This document shows, one piece after another, positions 16,692 through 26,934 of a stretch of DNA of 64,000 nucleotides. A program made the translations under genes and the position numbers. The stretch is from Microbacterium sp. (GTDB taxonomy: Bacteria; Actinomycetota; Actinomycetes; Actinomycetales; Microbacteriaceae). The notes under the pieces were generated by a model. It searched no databases. It worked only from the letters and a program-made list of their open reading frames with translations, and was not told the origin of the DNA. The DNA lies in the NCBI GenBank assembly GCA_031177765.1, contig JAPSKH010000002.1:9900-73899 (forward strand), read 5' to 3'. Positions within the stretch are counted from its first letter, which is position 1; each line of letters starts with the position of its first letter.

Positions 16692-17357
16692 GTGGAGCGG
16701 TCGCTCGAGACCCAGGTCAGCCAGGCGGTGGACGCCTGGCTGGCGTGGCTGCCGCGGTGGGAGCCCGCCACGCACCGCGGACGGGTCGCGCCGTGCCGGC
16801 GCTGCTTCGGGTCGCCGGTGCTGTCGTCGGCGGGGCTCGGTGCCGACGTGCCGCACGGCGTGCAGCACGGCCTGTCAACACGGATCAAGACGATCATCGA
16901 TCGTGCCGTCGCGGACTACACGGCCATGAACCTGCCGATGCTGCAGGCCGAGCTGGACCAGCAGGCGGCTCGCAACCGGGCGCGCAGCTACCGGCCCGCG
17001 GAAGGCCTCGAGCCGGAGTTCGAGGGCCTGCCGCTGGATCCCGAGCCGACTCCCGGAGCGCCGTTCCTGTTCACCATCGCGGGGCTCGCGGAGGAGGCGG
17101 ATGCCGACGTGCCGGCGCTGCCGCCGCTGACCGACGAGGCGAAGGCGGCGCTGCGCCAGGAGGTGGGCCTGGCCGACGACTACGCGAACATGATCGGACG
17201 TGAGGTGTGCGCGATCCTGCTGCACCATCGCCTGCGGATCCAGGCCGCCGTCGCCGAGTTCGTCGAGCCGCAGATCGAGGCGATGCTCGCCGAGCTCACG
17301 CAGTCTCTCGATGCGCCTTTCGATCCCCATGATCCGCGCGATCGGCTCGACGGCTGA
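16692..17357 (+). CDS. Conserved-looking hypothetical protein with CxxC and HxxxH
   Basis: Host-like codon usage; THRGRVAPCRRC and HGVQH. Confidence 0.75.
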   Translation: MERSLETQVSQAVDAWLAWLPRWEPATHRGRVAPCRRCFGSPVLSSAGLGADVPHGVQHGLSTRIKTIIDRAVADYTAMNLPMLQAELDQQAARNRARSYRPAEGLEPEFEGLPLDPEPTPGAPFLFTIAGLAEEADADVPALPPLTDEAKAALRQEVGLADDYANMIGREVCAILLHHRLRIQAAVAEFVEPQIEAMLAELTQSLDAPFDPHDPRDRLDG

Positions 17358-17401
17358 TGCGGCGCGGCGGTCCACAGGCGGCGGGGCCGCACAGCGGTCT
17401 T

Positions 17402-17410
17402 TGCTAGCAT
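17402..17410 (+). promoter_or_regulatory. Candidate extended -10 promoter of the kinase-to-EssC operon
   Basis: TGcTAGCAT (TGnTAnnnT) in an AT-richer spacer ~60 nt before the kinase start. Confidence 0.4.
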
Positions 17411-17472
17411 GGCCAGGTTTATTGCGCTCTCGATGAGAGTTGTGCTCGGCATGCGACCTGCGGGGAGGTGAG

Positions 17473-18612
17473 GTGGCCGCACGGCTTCCCTCTGCGCCAC
17501 CCATCCTGCCGGGACTGGCGTACATCCGGCCTCTCGGATCGGGCGGCTTCGCCGATGTCTTCCTCTACGAGCAGGACATGCCGCGTCGCAACGTCGCGGT
17601 GAAGGTGATGCCCAGCGACGTGCGGGATCCGGAGCTCCGGCGCATGTTCAACGCCGAGGCGGACGTGCTGGCGCACCTCTCGGCGCATCCCTCCATCGTG
17701 ACCGTCTACCAGGCCAGCATCTCGGCCGACGGGCGTCCCTACATCGTGATGGAGTACTGCCCCGGATCACTCGCGCAGCGCTACCGGGTCGAGCGCATCC
17801 CCGTCGACGAGGTGCTCACCATCGGCGTGCGCATGGCCAGCGCGCTGGAATCGGCTCATCGCGCCGGGCTCGTGCACCGCGACGTCAAACCCAGCAACAT
17901 CCTCGTCACCACCTTCGGCACGCCGGTGCTCGCCGACTTCGGCATCTCGTCGTCGCTCCTGCGGCAGTCGCCCGACGAGGTGCTGGCGATGTCGATCCCG
18001 TGGAGTGCGCCGGAGGTGATCGCCGAGCAGACCGCCGGCACCGTGGCCAGCGAGGTGTGGAGCCTCGGCGCGACCGTGTACTCGCTGCTTGCCGGGCACA
18101 GCCCGTTCGAGCGGCGAGAGCGAGGACAGAACTCCAAGGAGCTGCTGCGCCGGCGGATCGCGCGCGCCGCCTACGTCGACATCCCGCGTCATGACGTTCC
18201 CCCGTCGCTGCAGCGCGTGCTGGCGACCGCGATGAGCCGCGACCCCGCGCGCCGCCAGCCATCGGCGCGCGCATTCGCAGAGGCGCTGCGCGAGGTGCAG
18301 GCCGAGCTCGGGCTGTCGCCGACGCCCATCGAGGTGCCGGACGTGGACTGGACGCCGGCATCCGGTCCGGTGGACTTCTCAGACGCGGCGCTGCGGGGAC
18401 CCGCGCGCTCGCGGATCGAGCGCGAGACGACCCGCAAGCGGCCGGTCGGCGCAGGCGTGGCGGCGCTCGTGCGCGACGAGGACACCGACATCTCCGCGCC
18501 CTCGCGCGCCCGGACGCGTGTGCTGCCCTGGGTCGTGGGCGTCGGCGCCGGCGTGGTGGCAGGGGGCGCGATCGCCGTCGCCGCGCTGCTGGCCGCGGGG
18601 GCCCTGGGATGA
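17473..18612 (+). CDS. Hanks-type Ser/Thr protein kinase with C-terminal TM anchor
   Basis: LGSGGFADV, VAVK, HRDVKPSN, DFG, SAPE, SEVWSLG; terminal hydrophobic helix. Confidence 0.95.
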   Translation: MAARLPSAPPILPGLAYIRPLGSGGFADVFLYEQDMPRRNVAVKVMPSDVRDPELRRMFNAEADVLAHLSAHPSIVTVYQASISADGRPYIVMEYCPGSLAQRYRVERIPVDEVLTIGVRMASALESAHRAGLVHRDVKPSNILVTTFGTPVLADFGISSSLLRQSPDEVLAMSIPWSAPEVIAEQTAGTVASEVWSLGATVYSLLAGHSPFERRERGQNSKELLRRRIARAAYVDIPRHDVPPSLQRVLATAMSRDPARRQPSARAFAEALREVQAELGLSPTPIEVPDVDWTPASGPVDFSDAALRGPARSRIERETTRKRPVGAGVAALVRDEDTDISAPSRARTRVLPWVVGVGAGVVAGGAIAVAALLAAGALG

Positions 18613-21600
18613 GGCGCAGCACCCTCGGCGGACTGGTCGCCGGCGGCGTGGCCGTCGCGCTCGTCGTGGGCGTCAGCGTGGTGTGGCCGGGACTGGACGC
18701 CCAGGAGACCCCTGAGGTCGACGCCGCCGTGTGGGCCCTGCAGACCGGTGAGGGCCGCCGTTACGCCCGGGTGAACACCGCGGTCGGAGAGCTCGACACC
18801 GTCCGCAGCATCAGCAACCCCGATCAGGTGGTCCAGACCGCGGATGCCGCCTACGTGTTCAGCGACAGCTACAGCAAGGTCACGCGGATCGACGAGGCGA
18901 TGCCGGTGGACCTCGACGAGGAGATGCTGCAGGCGTCGCCGTCCACGCCGCCGGGCACCGTGGAGGTCGTCACAGCGGGGGACCACGTCGCCTACCTGAC
19001 CGACGCGGGGGCGGTGTACGCCGGACTCCTCTCGTCCGGCGCCCCCGCGCAGCTGGACCCGTTCCCCTCCGACGACGAGGATGCGCCGCAATACGCCGCC
19101 GAGGCGATCGCGGTCGACGATCGGGGCATGCTGTTCAGCTACTCCCGCGAGGACGGCTCCGTGCTGCGCTACGACATCCGCGAGTCGGCGGTGCGCGGCC
19201 GGGATCCGCTGGAGGCCGAAGGCCTCGCCGCTCCGGCGATCACGGCGGCAGGCGACACGTGGGCGGTCGTGGACACCGAGGACGGCGACGTGTGGCTGCG
19301 CGGCGCCGACGGTGCGGCATCCGCCCCCACCACCGGCACCGTCGTCGTGGGGGAGCCGGACGCCCGGGGCGCCGATGTGTACCTGGCCGACGAGACCGGC
19401 CTCGTCCGCGTGCCGGTGGACGGGTCCGGGATGGACGTCGAGGTGGGGGGCACCGCCGGCGCGGTGCTCGGGACGCCCGCGGAGCCGGTGAACCACGACG
19501 GCGAGACCTTCGCGGCCTGGCTGCCGCAGGGCGAGACCGGCGGCGTGCTGTGGCGCTCGGGCAGCGCCGAGACGGTGCCGCTGGATTACGGCGGCGAGGC
19601 GATGCCCGACGAGCGCCGCCCGGTGTTCGTCGCGGGCGGGTCGACCCTGATCCTCAACGAGACCCGGTCGGGGTGGGCGTGGTCCCTGCCCGACGGCGCG
19701 CTCATCGCGTCGAGCCAGGACTGGTCGCTCGATGACCGCACGAACCCGGACGCCGTGCCCAGCCAGGAGCAGCTGCAGGTGGTGCTCGACCCGAAGCCGC
19801 CGATCGCCGAGCCCGACGCCTTCGGCGTGCGGGCGGGGGCCCTGGCATCCCTGCCGGTGCTCATGAACGACCACGATCCGAACGAGGACGTGCTCGCCAT
19901 CGACCCCGCCTCCGTGACGGGACTGGATCCCGGGTTCGGCACCGTCACGATCACCGACGACGGTCAGCGGTTCGCGGTGCGGGTCGCGCCGGGCGCGACC
20001 GGCTCGGCGTCGTTCTCATACGCGGTCACCGACGGCACGACCGCCGGCGGACTGGTGTCGGAGCCGACCACGGTCACCGTGACCGTCGTGGAACCGGACG
20101 CCAACGCGGCGCCGGAGTGGTGCGGGGTCGACCGCTGCCTCGTGGAGTGGCCCGAGCCGCAGGTCGCCAGGGGCGGCACCGTCACCGTGCCCGTGCTGCC
20201 GGGATGGGTCGACCCCCAGGGAGACCCGCTCCTGCTGCTGGGAGTCCAGAACGTCACCGGGACCGGCAGCGTCGCCGCCACCCCCGGCGGCGACGTCGTC
20301 TACCAGCACAGCGACTCCGGCGACTCCGGCGACGAGGTGGTGGAACTGGCGGTCACGGTGGCCGATACGCACGGCGCCACAGCGACGAAGTCGCTCATGG
20401 TGACGGTGTCATCCCAGCCGCAGCTGGCGGCGCAGTCGTTCGCCGTCGTCGACACCGTCGGCTCGGGCATCACGGTCGACGTCGCCGACCATGTCACCGG
20501 GACGGCGGGCATGCTCACGCTGGACTCGGTGCGGGTGCTCGATGACGCCGCGGCGACCGCGACCATCGCGGGCGGGTCGACGTCCTTCGATTTCTCGGCG
20601 CGGGAGGCGGGAACCTTCCGGGTCGACTTCACGGTCACCGACGGCACCTCCGAGGCGACCGGCACGGCCCGCATCACGCTGCTGCCCGCCGATGCCCCGG
20701 CGCAGCTGGCGACCTCGCCCGTCGTCGCGTTCGTGCGTCCGCAGGAGGATGCCACGCTCGAGGTCTTCGACGCCGTCTCGAACCCCACGCGGCGGGTGCT
20801 GCTGCTCAGCGATGTGGTGGCGACGGCGGAAGAGGGCGCCACGCTGTCGGTCGATGCGGTGGGGCAGAACCACCTGCGGGTGTCCGGCTCCACGGCGGAC
20901 GGGGCACCGGGGCGTCTGGGCACCGTCTCGTACGTGGTCAGCGACGGAACCGAGGACGAGGGCGCCCGGGTGGAGGGGCAGGCGACGGTGTACCTGCTCC
21001 CGCCCGCTCCCGAGCTGGCGCCCATCGCCGTCGACGACGCCGTCGTCGTGCGCGCCGGCGCACAGATCGACATCCCGGTGCTGGTCAACGACATCTCGCC
21101 GGCGGGCGGGCGGCCGGCGCTCAACCCCGAGGCGGTGACGTCCTCGACCGGTGCGGCGCTGGCGTTCGCGTCCGGCGACGTGCTGCGCTACCTCGCCCCC
21201 GACGAACCCGGCGAGTACGCCGTCGAGTACGGGGTGTTCACGACGGGCTCGCCCTCGCTCGCCGACACGGCGCAGGTGCGCGTGCGGGTCATCGACGACG
21301 AGGCCAACCGCGCCCCGACGGCCGACACCCTGGAGGGGCGCGTGCTGAGCGGGCAGTCGGCGACCATCGACTTCGACGGCTTCGGCATGGATCCCGACGG
21401 CGACGTCGTGACGCTCGACCGCATCGTCGAGCAGCCCGAGCGCGGAGCGGCGACCATCTCGGCCGACGGCACCTCGATCGTGTACACGAGCGTCCCGGGC
21501 GACGCCGGCCAGGTCTCGTTCCGGTACCGCGTGGTGGACGCGCTGGGCGAGACGGGTGAGGGGACGGTCCGCGTCGGCGTCCTGGACGGCGAGGCCAATC

Positions 21601-24566
21601 CGAGTCCGGTCACCTTCACCGACTACGTCCAGGTGCAGGCGGGCGCCGACAACACCATCCGCGTGAGCCCGCTGTCGAACGACATCGATCCGACGCTGGG
21701 AACGCTGCGGATCACCGACATCCGACCGGACCTTCCCGAGACGCTCGTCGACGGCAGCGACAACCCCGAGTTCGCGCGCCTGTCCGAGCGCATCGTCTCT
21801 GTCGACGACACGACGGTGGTGGTCGCGGCGGGCGAGGAGCCGGCGACGATGTCGTTCCTGTACGACGTCGAGTCGTCCTCGGGCAACACCGGCCGGGGCC
21901 TGATCGTGGTCAAGGCGGTGCGAGAGAGCGTGCCCGACTACCCGATCGTGTCCGACACGATCCTCACGGTCGAGACGCGCGAGGACTTCCCGCGCGGCGT
22001 GGACGTCGTCGCCGGGAAGGTGATGTGGTCCGGCGGTGACGTGTCGGATCTCGAGGTGTCCCTGTGGGGCGACCCCGAGGACGTCACGGTGACAGGGACC
22101 CGCCTTCGGGGTGAGCTGCCTGCGAGGACCCGGCTCATCCCCTTCGCCGTGACCGGCGAGGGCACCTCCGGCCAGGTCACCTCGTACGGCTTCCTGAAGG
22201 TCCCCGGCGACGACGACGTCGCGTTGACGATGCGCGCGGGCGCGACGCCCCCGACCGTGGACGAGCTCGATTCGGTGACGTTCGACCTCGCGGGCCTGGT
22301 CGCCCGTCCGCGCGGCTCCCAGCTGGAGGTGGGCGCAGACGTGCGGGCGTCGGGAGCGCGTCCCGAGGCCGCGTGCGCGGTGGTCTCCGACACGACGGTC
22401 CGCTACGACGCCGGCGCCGGAGCGCCGTGGGTGGACGCGTGCCAGGTGCCGGTGCGACTGGCGGGGACGGACGACTGGACCTATCTGTCGGTGCCGGTCA
22501 TCGTCCATCCCCGCGATCCGCAGCCCGAGCTGCGGCCGGCATCCATCACCGTCGGGCCCGGCGAGACGGCGACGTTCGACCTGCGCAACATGACGACGTG
22601 GCAGCTGCGCGAGGACTGGAGCGGCATCCGCTACGGCATCGAGCACGGCGGCAGCGCATTCGAGGTCGCCCAGGAGGGGTCGATCGTGACCGTCACGGGC
22701 GCCGACCGCGCCGTGCCGGGTGCGGAGGAGGCGGTGGTGGTGTCGGCACCGAGTCACACCGCCGTCGCGCCGGCGCGGCTGCTCCTGCGCGTGGGCGCGG
22801 CGCCGTCGACGCTGCCGCAGGGCGGGTCGGTCGTGCAGCAGTGCTCGCAGTCCTCGGGATCGTCGTGCACGATCGACGTCATCGGCGGGAGCGGCGAGGT
22901 CAATCCGCTGCCGCGCACGCCCCTGGAGGTGGTGGCCGTCCGGCCGACCGGCGCATGCGTGGGCGTGAGCTTCCACGTGGCATCCGGCTCCGCCGTCACC
23001 GCGTCCTGGGCGAGGGATGCCCCCGGCGCGACGTGCAGCGCGACCTTCTCGGTGCGCGACGCGCAGGGACGTGTCACCAGCTCCGAGCGCGACGGGCGGC
23101 TGCTGCTGGATCTGCTCGGCTTCCCCAAGTCGCCCGCCAGCATCGTCCAGACCGGCTACGCCGACGGATCGGTCACGCTCCGGGTCGATCCCGGCGAGGC
23201 CCGGCTGGCATACCCGTCCCTCGCCGGCTTCGTCGTGCGCACCGGCGGCGCCGAGGTGGCCCGGTGCTCGGCGGACGGGACGTGTCCGCCGATCGCCGCG
23301 CCCAACGGCGACCAGCGCACGTACGAGGCGTGGGCCGTCAACGCCGTCGGGGAGTCGCGCGCGAGCGTGCGGACGGTCGCGTGGGCCTATGACGCGCCGG
23401 GCGCACCGGCGAGCGTCGAATGGGAGCCCGTCGTCACGTCCGACGGCGCCGGCGGCATCATCTCGCTGTCGATCGAGGGCGTCGACGCCTCGGAGACGGG
23501 CATCCTCGAGATCTCCAGTCCGTCGGGCGAGACCGTCCGCGTCCCGGTCGGGCGCAACGACGAGCGCGTCGAGGTCCGCAGCTTCCGCGTCGGGGCGAAC
23601 GTCCCCACACCGGTCACCATCACGCCGTATTCGCGCTTCTCGCTGCCGCCGGGGCTCGGCGGTCAGCCGTCCGGACAGTCCGTCACGGTCAACGCCCACG
23701 GGGTGGGGGCGCCGCTGAACGTCACGCTGTCCCTGACCTCGCGCTCGACCGGCAACAATCAGTCCACGGTGGAGGCCGTGGCGACGGCGCAGCAGAACGG
23801 CATGGGGTCCGAGCTGCGGTACGACATCGTGCCCTACGACCAGCGGTTCCGCTGCGACCCTGTGGTGGGAGGCGACCGTGCCTCGTTCCCCGGGCTGGCC
23901 GACGGCGAGGAGTATCGCTTCGTCGTCTGCGTCGAGTCGTGGTACGAGGGAACCGCGTTCGGCAGCAGCGGCGCCGAGGCGAGCGTGCGGGCCACCCAGA
24001 GCGGCGCCGCGCCGCAGGGGTACACGTTCGTGGTCGACCGTCAGCCGCTGATCGAGGGGCAGCAGGCGCGCTGGCGCATCACGCGCGACCCGCAGTCGAG
24101 CGAGAACCCGCCGCGCAACAACGAGGTGCACTTCGAGAACTGGGGACCCGGTTCGACCATCTATGACCGCAACCCGGAGATCAGGGTGTTCTACCGGCAC
24201 CGGCTGTGGGGCACCGAGTCGGCACGGGCTCCGGTCACCCCGGCCCCCGGCAGCGCGCCGTATCAGGTGCAGGCGCGCTGGTCGATCGACGGCTGCACCG
24301 CCGGCAGCACGCTGCAGCGCGGCTCGTCGTCGAGCAACGGCGAGGGCACCGTCACCTGGTCGGATGCCCGCATCCGGTTCTACGACGCCAGCGGCGCGCA
24401 GCTGCCGTACACGGCCGGCTCGTGGACGGTGCCGGCGGGAGCCGCGAGCGTTGAGGGCGTGGAGGTGACCGTGTCGTGGAACGCGGCGTGGAACCTGGCG
24501 CCCGCGACACAGCAGCTGAGCGCCACATGCGACCCCGGGACGCCGCCGACGCAGCCGGCACCCTGA
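18609..24566 (+). CDS. Giant surface protein with Ig/cadherin-like (Big_9-type) and FN3-like repeats
   Basis: N-terminal signal/anchor; repeats PIAEPD/PIAVDD/PVTFTD with VLxNDxDP and DPDGD motifs; FN3-like YEAWAVNAVGES and GLADGEEYRFVV; 1985 aa. Confidence 0.9.
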   Translation: MRRSTLGGLVAGGVAVALVVGVSVVWPGLDAQETPEVDAAVWALQTGEGRRYARVNTAVGELDTVRSISNPDQVVQTADAAYVFSDSYSKVTRIDEAMPVDLDEEMLQASPSTPPGTVEVVTAGDHVAYLTDAGAVYAGLLSSGAPAQLDPFPSDDEDAPQYAAEAIAVDDRGMLFSYSREDGSVLRYDIRESAVRGRDPLEAEGLAAPAITAAGDTWAVVDTEDGDVWLRGADGAASAPTTGTVVVGEPDARGADVYLADETGLVRVPVDGSGMDVEVGGTAGAVLGTPAEPVNHDGETFAAWLPQGETGGVLWRSGSAETVPLDYGGEAMPDERRPVFVAGGSTLILNETRSGWAWSLPDGALIASSQDWSLDDRTNPDAVPSQEQLQVVLDPKPPIAEPDAFGVRAGALASLPVLMNDHDPNEDVLAIDPASVTGLDPGFGTVTITDDGQRFAVRVAPGATGSASFSYAVTDGTTAGGLVSEPTTVTVTVVEPDANAAPEWCGVDRCLVEWPEPQVARGGTVTVPVLPGWVDPQGDPLLLLGVQNVTGTGSVAATPGGDVVYQHSDSGDSGDEVVELAVTVADTHGATATKSLMVTVSSQPQLAAQSFAVVDTVGSGITVDVADHVTGTAGMLTLDSVRVLDDAAATATIAGGSTSFDFSAREAGTFRVDFTVTDGTSEATGTARITLLPADAPAQLATSPVVAFVRPQEDATLEVFDAVSNPTRRVLLLSDVVATAEEGATLSVDAVGQNHLRVSGSTADGAPGRLGTVSYVVSDGTEDEGARVEGQATVYLLPPAPELAPIAVDDAVVVRAGAQIDIPVLVNDISPAGGRPALNPEAVTSSTGAALAFASGDVLRYLAPDEPGEYAVEYGVFTTGSPSLADTAQVRVRVIDDEANRAPTADTLEGRVLSGQSATIDFDGFGMDPDGDVVTLDRIVEQPERGAATISADGTSIVYTSVPGDAGQVSFRYRVVDALGETGEGTVRVGVLDGEANPSPVTFTDYVQVQAGADNTIRVSPLSNDIDPTLGTLRITDIRPDLPETLVDGSDNPEFARLSERIVSVDDTTVVVAAGEEPATMSFLYDVESSSGNTGRGLIVVKAVRESVPDYPIVSDTILTVETREDFPRGVDVVAGKVMWSGGDVSDLEVSLWGDPEDVTVTGTRLRGELPARTRLIPFAVTGEGTSGQVTSYGFLKVPGDDDVALTMRAGATPPTVDELDSVTFDLAGLVARPRGSQLEVGADVRASGARPEAACAVVSDTTVRYDAGAGAPWVDACQVPVRLAGTDDWTYLSVPVIVHPRDPQPELRPASITVGPGETATFDLRNMTTWQLREDWSGIRYGIEHGGSAFEVAQEGSIVTVTGADRAVPGAEEAVVVSAPSHTAVAPARLLLRVGAAPSTLPQGGSVVQQCSQSSGSSCTIDVIGGSGEVNPLPRTPLEVVAVRPTGACVGVSFHVASGSAVTASWARDAPGATCSATFSVRDAQGRVTSSERDGRLLLDLLGFPKSPASIVQTGYADGSVTLRVDPGEARLAYPSLAGFVVRTGGAEVARCSADGTCPPIAAPNGDQRTYEAWAVNAVGESRASVRTVAWAYDAPGAPASVEWEPVVTSDGAGGIISLSIEGVDASETGILEISSPSGETVRVPVGRNDERVEVRSFRVGANVPTPVTITPYSRFSLPPGLGGQPSGQSVTVNAHGVGAPLNVTLSLTSRSTGNNQSTVEAVATAQQNGMGSELRYDIVPYDQRFRCDPVVGGDRASFPGLADGEEYRFVVCVESWYEGTAFGSSGAEASVRATQSGAAPQGYTFVVDRQPLIEGQQARWRITRDPQSSENPPRNNEVHFENWGPGSTIYDRNPEIRVFYRHRLWGTESARAPVTPAPGSAPYQVQARWSIDGCTAGSTLQRGSSSSNGEGTVTWSDARIRFYDASGAQLPYTAGSWTVPAGAASVEGVEVTVSWNAAWNLAPATQQLSATCDPGTPPTQPAP

Positions 24567-24598
24567 CCACCGAGCATCCCCAGAAGCGAAGGACACAC

Positions 24599-25564
24599 AT
24601 GAGCATCACGCAGGAGCAGGCCGACTGGTTCGCGCAGACGTTCGGCCAGATCGCCGACAACGTCGAGCGCGCCGTGCTCGGCAAGCGCCACGTCGTGGAG
24701 CTCGTCCTCACCGCGATGCTCAGCGACGGCCACGTGCTCCTGGAGGACGTCCCCGGGACGGGCAAGACCTCGCTCGCGCGAGCGATGGCGCAGTCGGTGC
24801 AGGGCACCAACACGCGCATCCAGTTCACGCCCGACCTGCTTCCCAGCGACATCACGGGTCTGAGCGTCTACGACCAGAAGGAGGGGGTGTTCGAGTTCCA
24901 CTCCGGCCCCATCTTCGCCAACATCGTCCTCGCCGACGAGATCAACCGCGCGAGCCCGAAGACCCAGTCGGCGCTGCTGGAGGTCATGGAAGAGGGGCGC
25001 GTCACGATCGACGGCGTGACCCGGCCGGTCGGCGTGCCGTTCCTCGTGCTCGCGACGCAGAACCCGGTGGAGCAGGCCGGCACCTACCGGCTTCCCGAAG
25101 CGCAGCTGGACCGCTTCATGATGCGCACGTCGCTCGGCTATCCCGATCACGCCGCCACCGTCCGCATCCTCGACGGCGCCGCCATCGCGACCGCCGAGCT
25201 GGCGCCGGTCATCACGCCTCAGGCGCTGGTGGGGATGGCCGACATCGCGGCCCAGGTGTACGTCGACGCGCTCGTGCTCGACTACATCGCGCGGCTCGTG
25301 GACGGCACGCGGGCGGCGGACGAGGTGCGGCTGGGCGTCAGCATCCGCGGCGCCCTCGCCCTCACCCGGGCCACCCGCACACGCGCGATCGCGCAGGGCC
25401 GCACCTACGCGACCCCCGACGACGTGAAGGCGCTCGCGGTGCCCGTGCTCTCGCACCGGCTGATCCTGCACCCCGAGGCGGAGTTCGATGGGGTGACCCC
25501 CGAGACGGTCGTCGGTCAGGTGCTCCTCGACGTCGCACCGCCCAGCAGGCGCGAGGCCGTATGA
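24599..25564 (+). CDS. MoxR-family AAA+ ATPase
   Basis: DVPGTGKT, RIQFTPDLLPSD, LADEINRASPKTQSALLE, ATQNP, LPEAQLDRF. Confidence 0.95.
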   Translation: MSITQEQADWFAQTFGQIADNVERAVLGKRHVVELVLTAMLSDGHVLLEDVPGTGKTSLARAMAQSVQGTNTRIQFTPDLLPSDITGLSVYDQKEGVFEFHSGPIFANIVLADEINRASPKTQSALLEVMEEGRVTIDGVTRPVGVPFLVLATQNPVEQAGTYRLPEAQLDRFMMRTSLGYPDHAATVRILDGAAIATAELAPVITPQALVGMADIAAQVYVDALVLDYIARLVDGTRAADEVRLGVSIRGALALTRATRTRAIAQGRTYATPDDVKALAVPVLSHRLILHPEAEFDGVTPETVVGQVLLDVAPPSRREAV

Positions 25565-26934
25565 CGACCACCGAGTCGCGCCTCACCCGCACCGTCGCCT
25601 CCACCGGGACCGCCGGGCGCACGCACGTCACCTCGACGAGCGTGGCACCGTCGGGACGCGGCCGCGCTCTGGTGCGCGCCGCGGTGTGGGCGGCGGAGGC
25701 TTCGCGGGCAGCCGGCTCGGCGGTGAGGACCGCGGTGGAATGGACGGCCGGAACCGTCCGGCCCGCCGGCGTGCTCGTGGTGCTCGCCGCGACGGTGGGC
25801 CTCGGGCTCGGGATGCTGTTCGGCTGGGTGGAGTGGATGGTCGCCGGCGCGGCATCCCTCATCCTCCTCGTCGCGGCGGTGCCGTTCCTGTTCGGGGCGC
25901 GCGCATACGAGGTCGGCCTGTCGCTCGCGCACGAACGCGTGGTGGCCGGCGAGGACGTCACCGGCGACGTGGTGGTCCGCAACGACGGCCGCCGCATCGC
26001 GCTGCCGGGGCGCATCGACATCCCCGTCGGAGCCGGCCTGGTGGAGTTCGGCGTTCCGCTGCTGCGCCCGGGCCACACGGTGTCGCAGCCGCTGGAGATC
26101 CCGGGGCTCCGCCGCGGCGTCGTGACGGTCGGGCCCGCCACGACCGTTCGGAGCGACCCCGTGGGCCTGCTGCGGCGCGAGCACGCGTTCGAGGACGTCC
26201 ACGAGGTCTTCGTGCACCCGCGCACGACGGTGCTTCCCTCCACCAGCGCCGGGCTGATCCGCGACCTCGAGGGAAGCCCCACACGCCGGCTCGTCGACGC
26301 CGACATCTCGTTTCACGCCATCCGCGAGTACGCCCCCGGCGACTCCCGCCGCCAGATCCACTGGCGCTCCACGGCCAAGACCGGCCGGCTCATGGTGCGC
26401 CAGTACGAGGAGTCCCGCCGCTCGCGCATGGCCGTCGTGCTCGGCGCGTCCGAGGGCGAGTACGCCGACGCGGACGAGTTCGAGCTCGCGGTCTCCTGCG
26501 CGGCATCCCTCGGGCTGCGTGCCGTGCATGACGCCCGCGACGTGCAGATCGTCACCGGATCCGAGATCCCCCGCGTCGTGCGCGGCCGCCTGCGCGCCAT
26601 CCGGCACATCCCCGCCGCCGCCCCGCGTCCGATGCTCGACGGCTTCAGCGGCGTCGAGCTCCTCGAGAGCACCATGCCGGTCACCGAGGTGTGCCGGCTG
26701 ACCGCGGAGTCGGGGGAGCGGCTGTCGATCGCGTTCGTGGTGGTCGGTTCGCGTGTCACCCTCACCCAGCTGCAGCAGGCCGCGCTCGCGTTCGCCGCCG
26801 ACACCGCGGTGGTCGGGGTGATCTGCGACGAGAGCGCGCATCCGCGGCTGCAGCCGCTCTCGGGTCTGACGGTCCTGACGGTGGGCACCCTGGACGACCT
26901 GACGGGTCTGCTGCTGCGGGGAGCGACGTCGTGA
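25561..26934 (+). CDS. DUF58 domain protein with two N-terminal TM helices
   Basis: FHAIREYAPGDSRRQIHWRSTAKTGRLMVRQYE signature; follows MoxR. Confidence 0.92.
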   Translation: MTTTESRLTRTVASTGTAGRTHVTSTSVAPSGRGRALVRAAVWAAEASRAAGSAVRTAVEWTAGTVRPAGVLVVLAATVGLGLGMLFGWVEWMVAGAASLILLVAAVPFLFGARAYEVGLSLAHERVVAGEDVTGDVVVRNDGRRIALPGRIDIPVGAGLVEFGVPLLRPGHTVSQPLEIPGLRRGVVTVGPATTVRSDPVGLLRREHAFEDVHEVFVHPRTTVLPSTSAGLIRDLEGSPTRRLVDADISFHAIREYAPGDSRRQIHWRSTAKTGRLMVRQYEESRRSRMAVVLGASEGEYADADEFELAVSCAASLGLRAVHDARDVQIVTGSEIPRVVRGRLRAIRHIPAAAPRPMLDGFSGVELLESTMPVTEVCRLTAESGERLSIAFVVVGSRVTLTQLQQAALAFAADTAVVGVICDESAHPRLQPLSGLTVLTVGTLDDLTGLLLRGATS

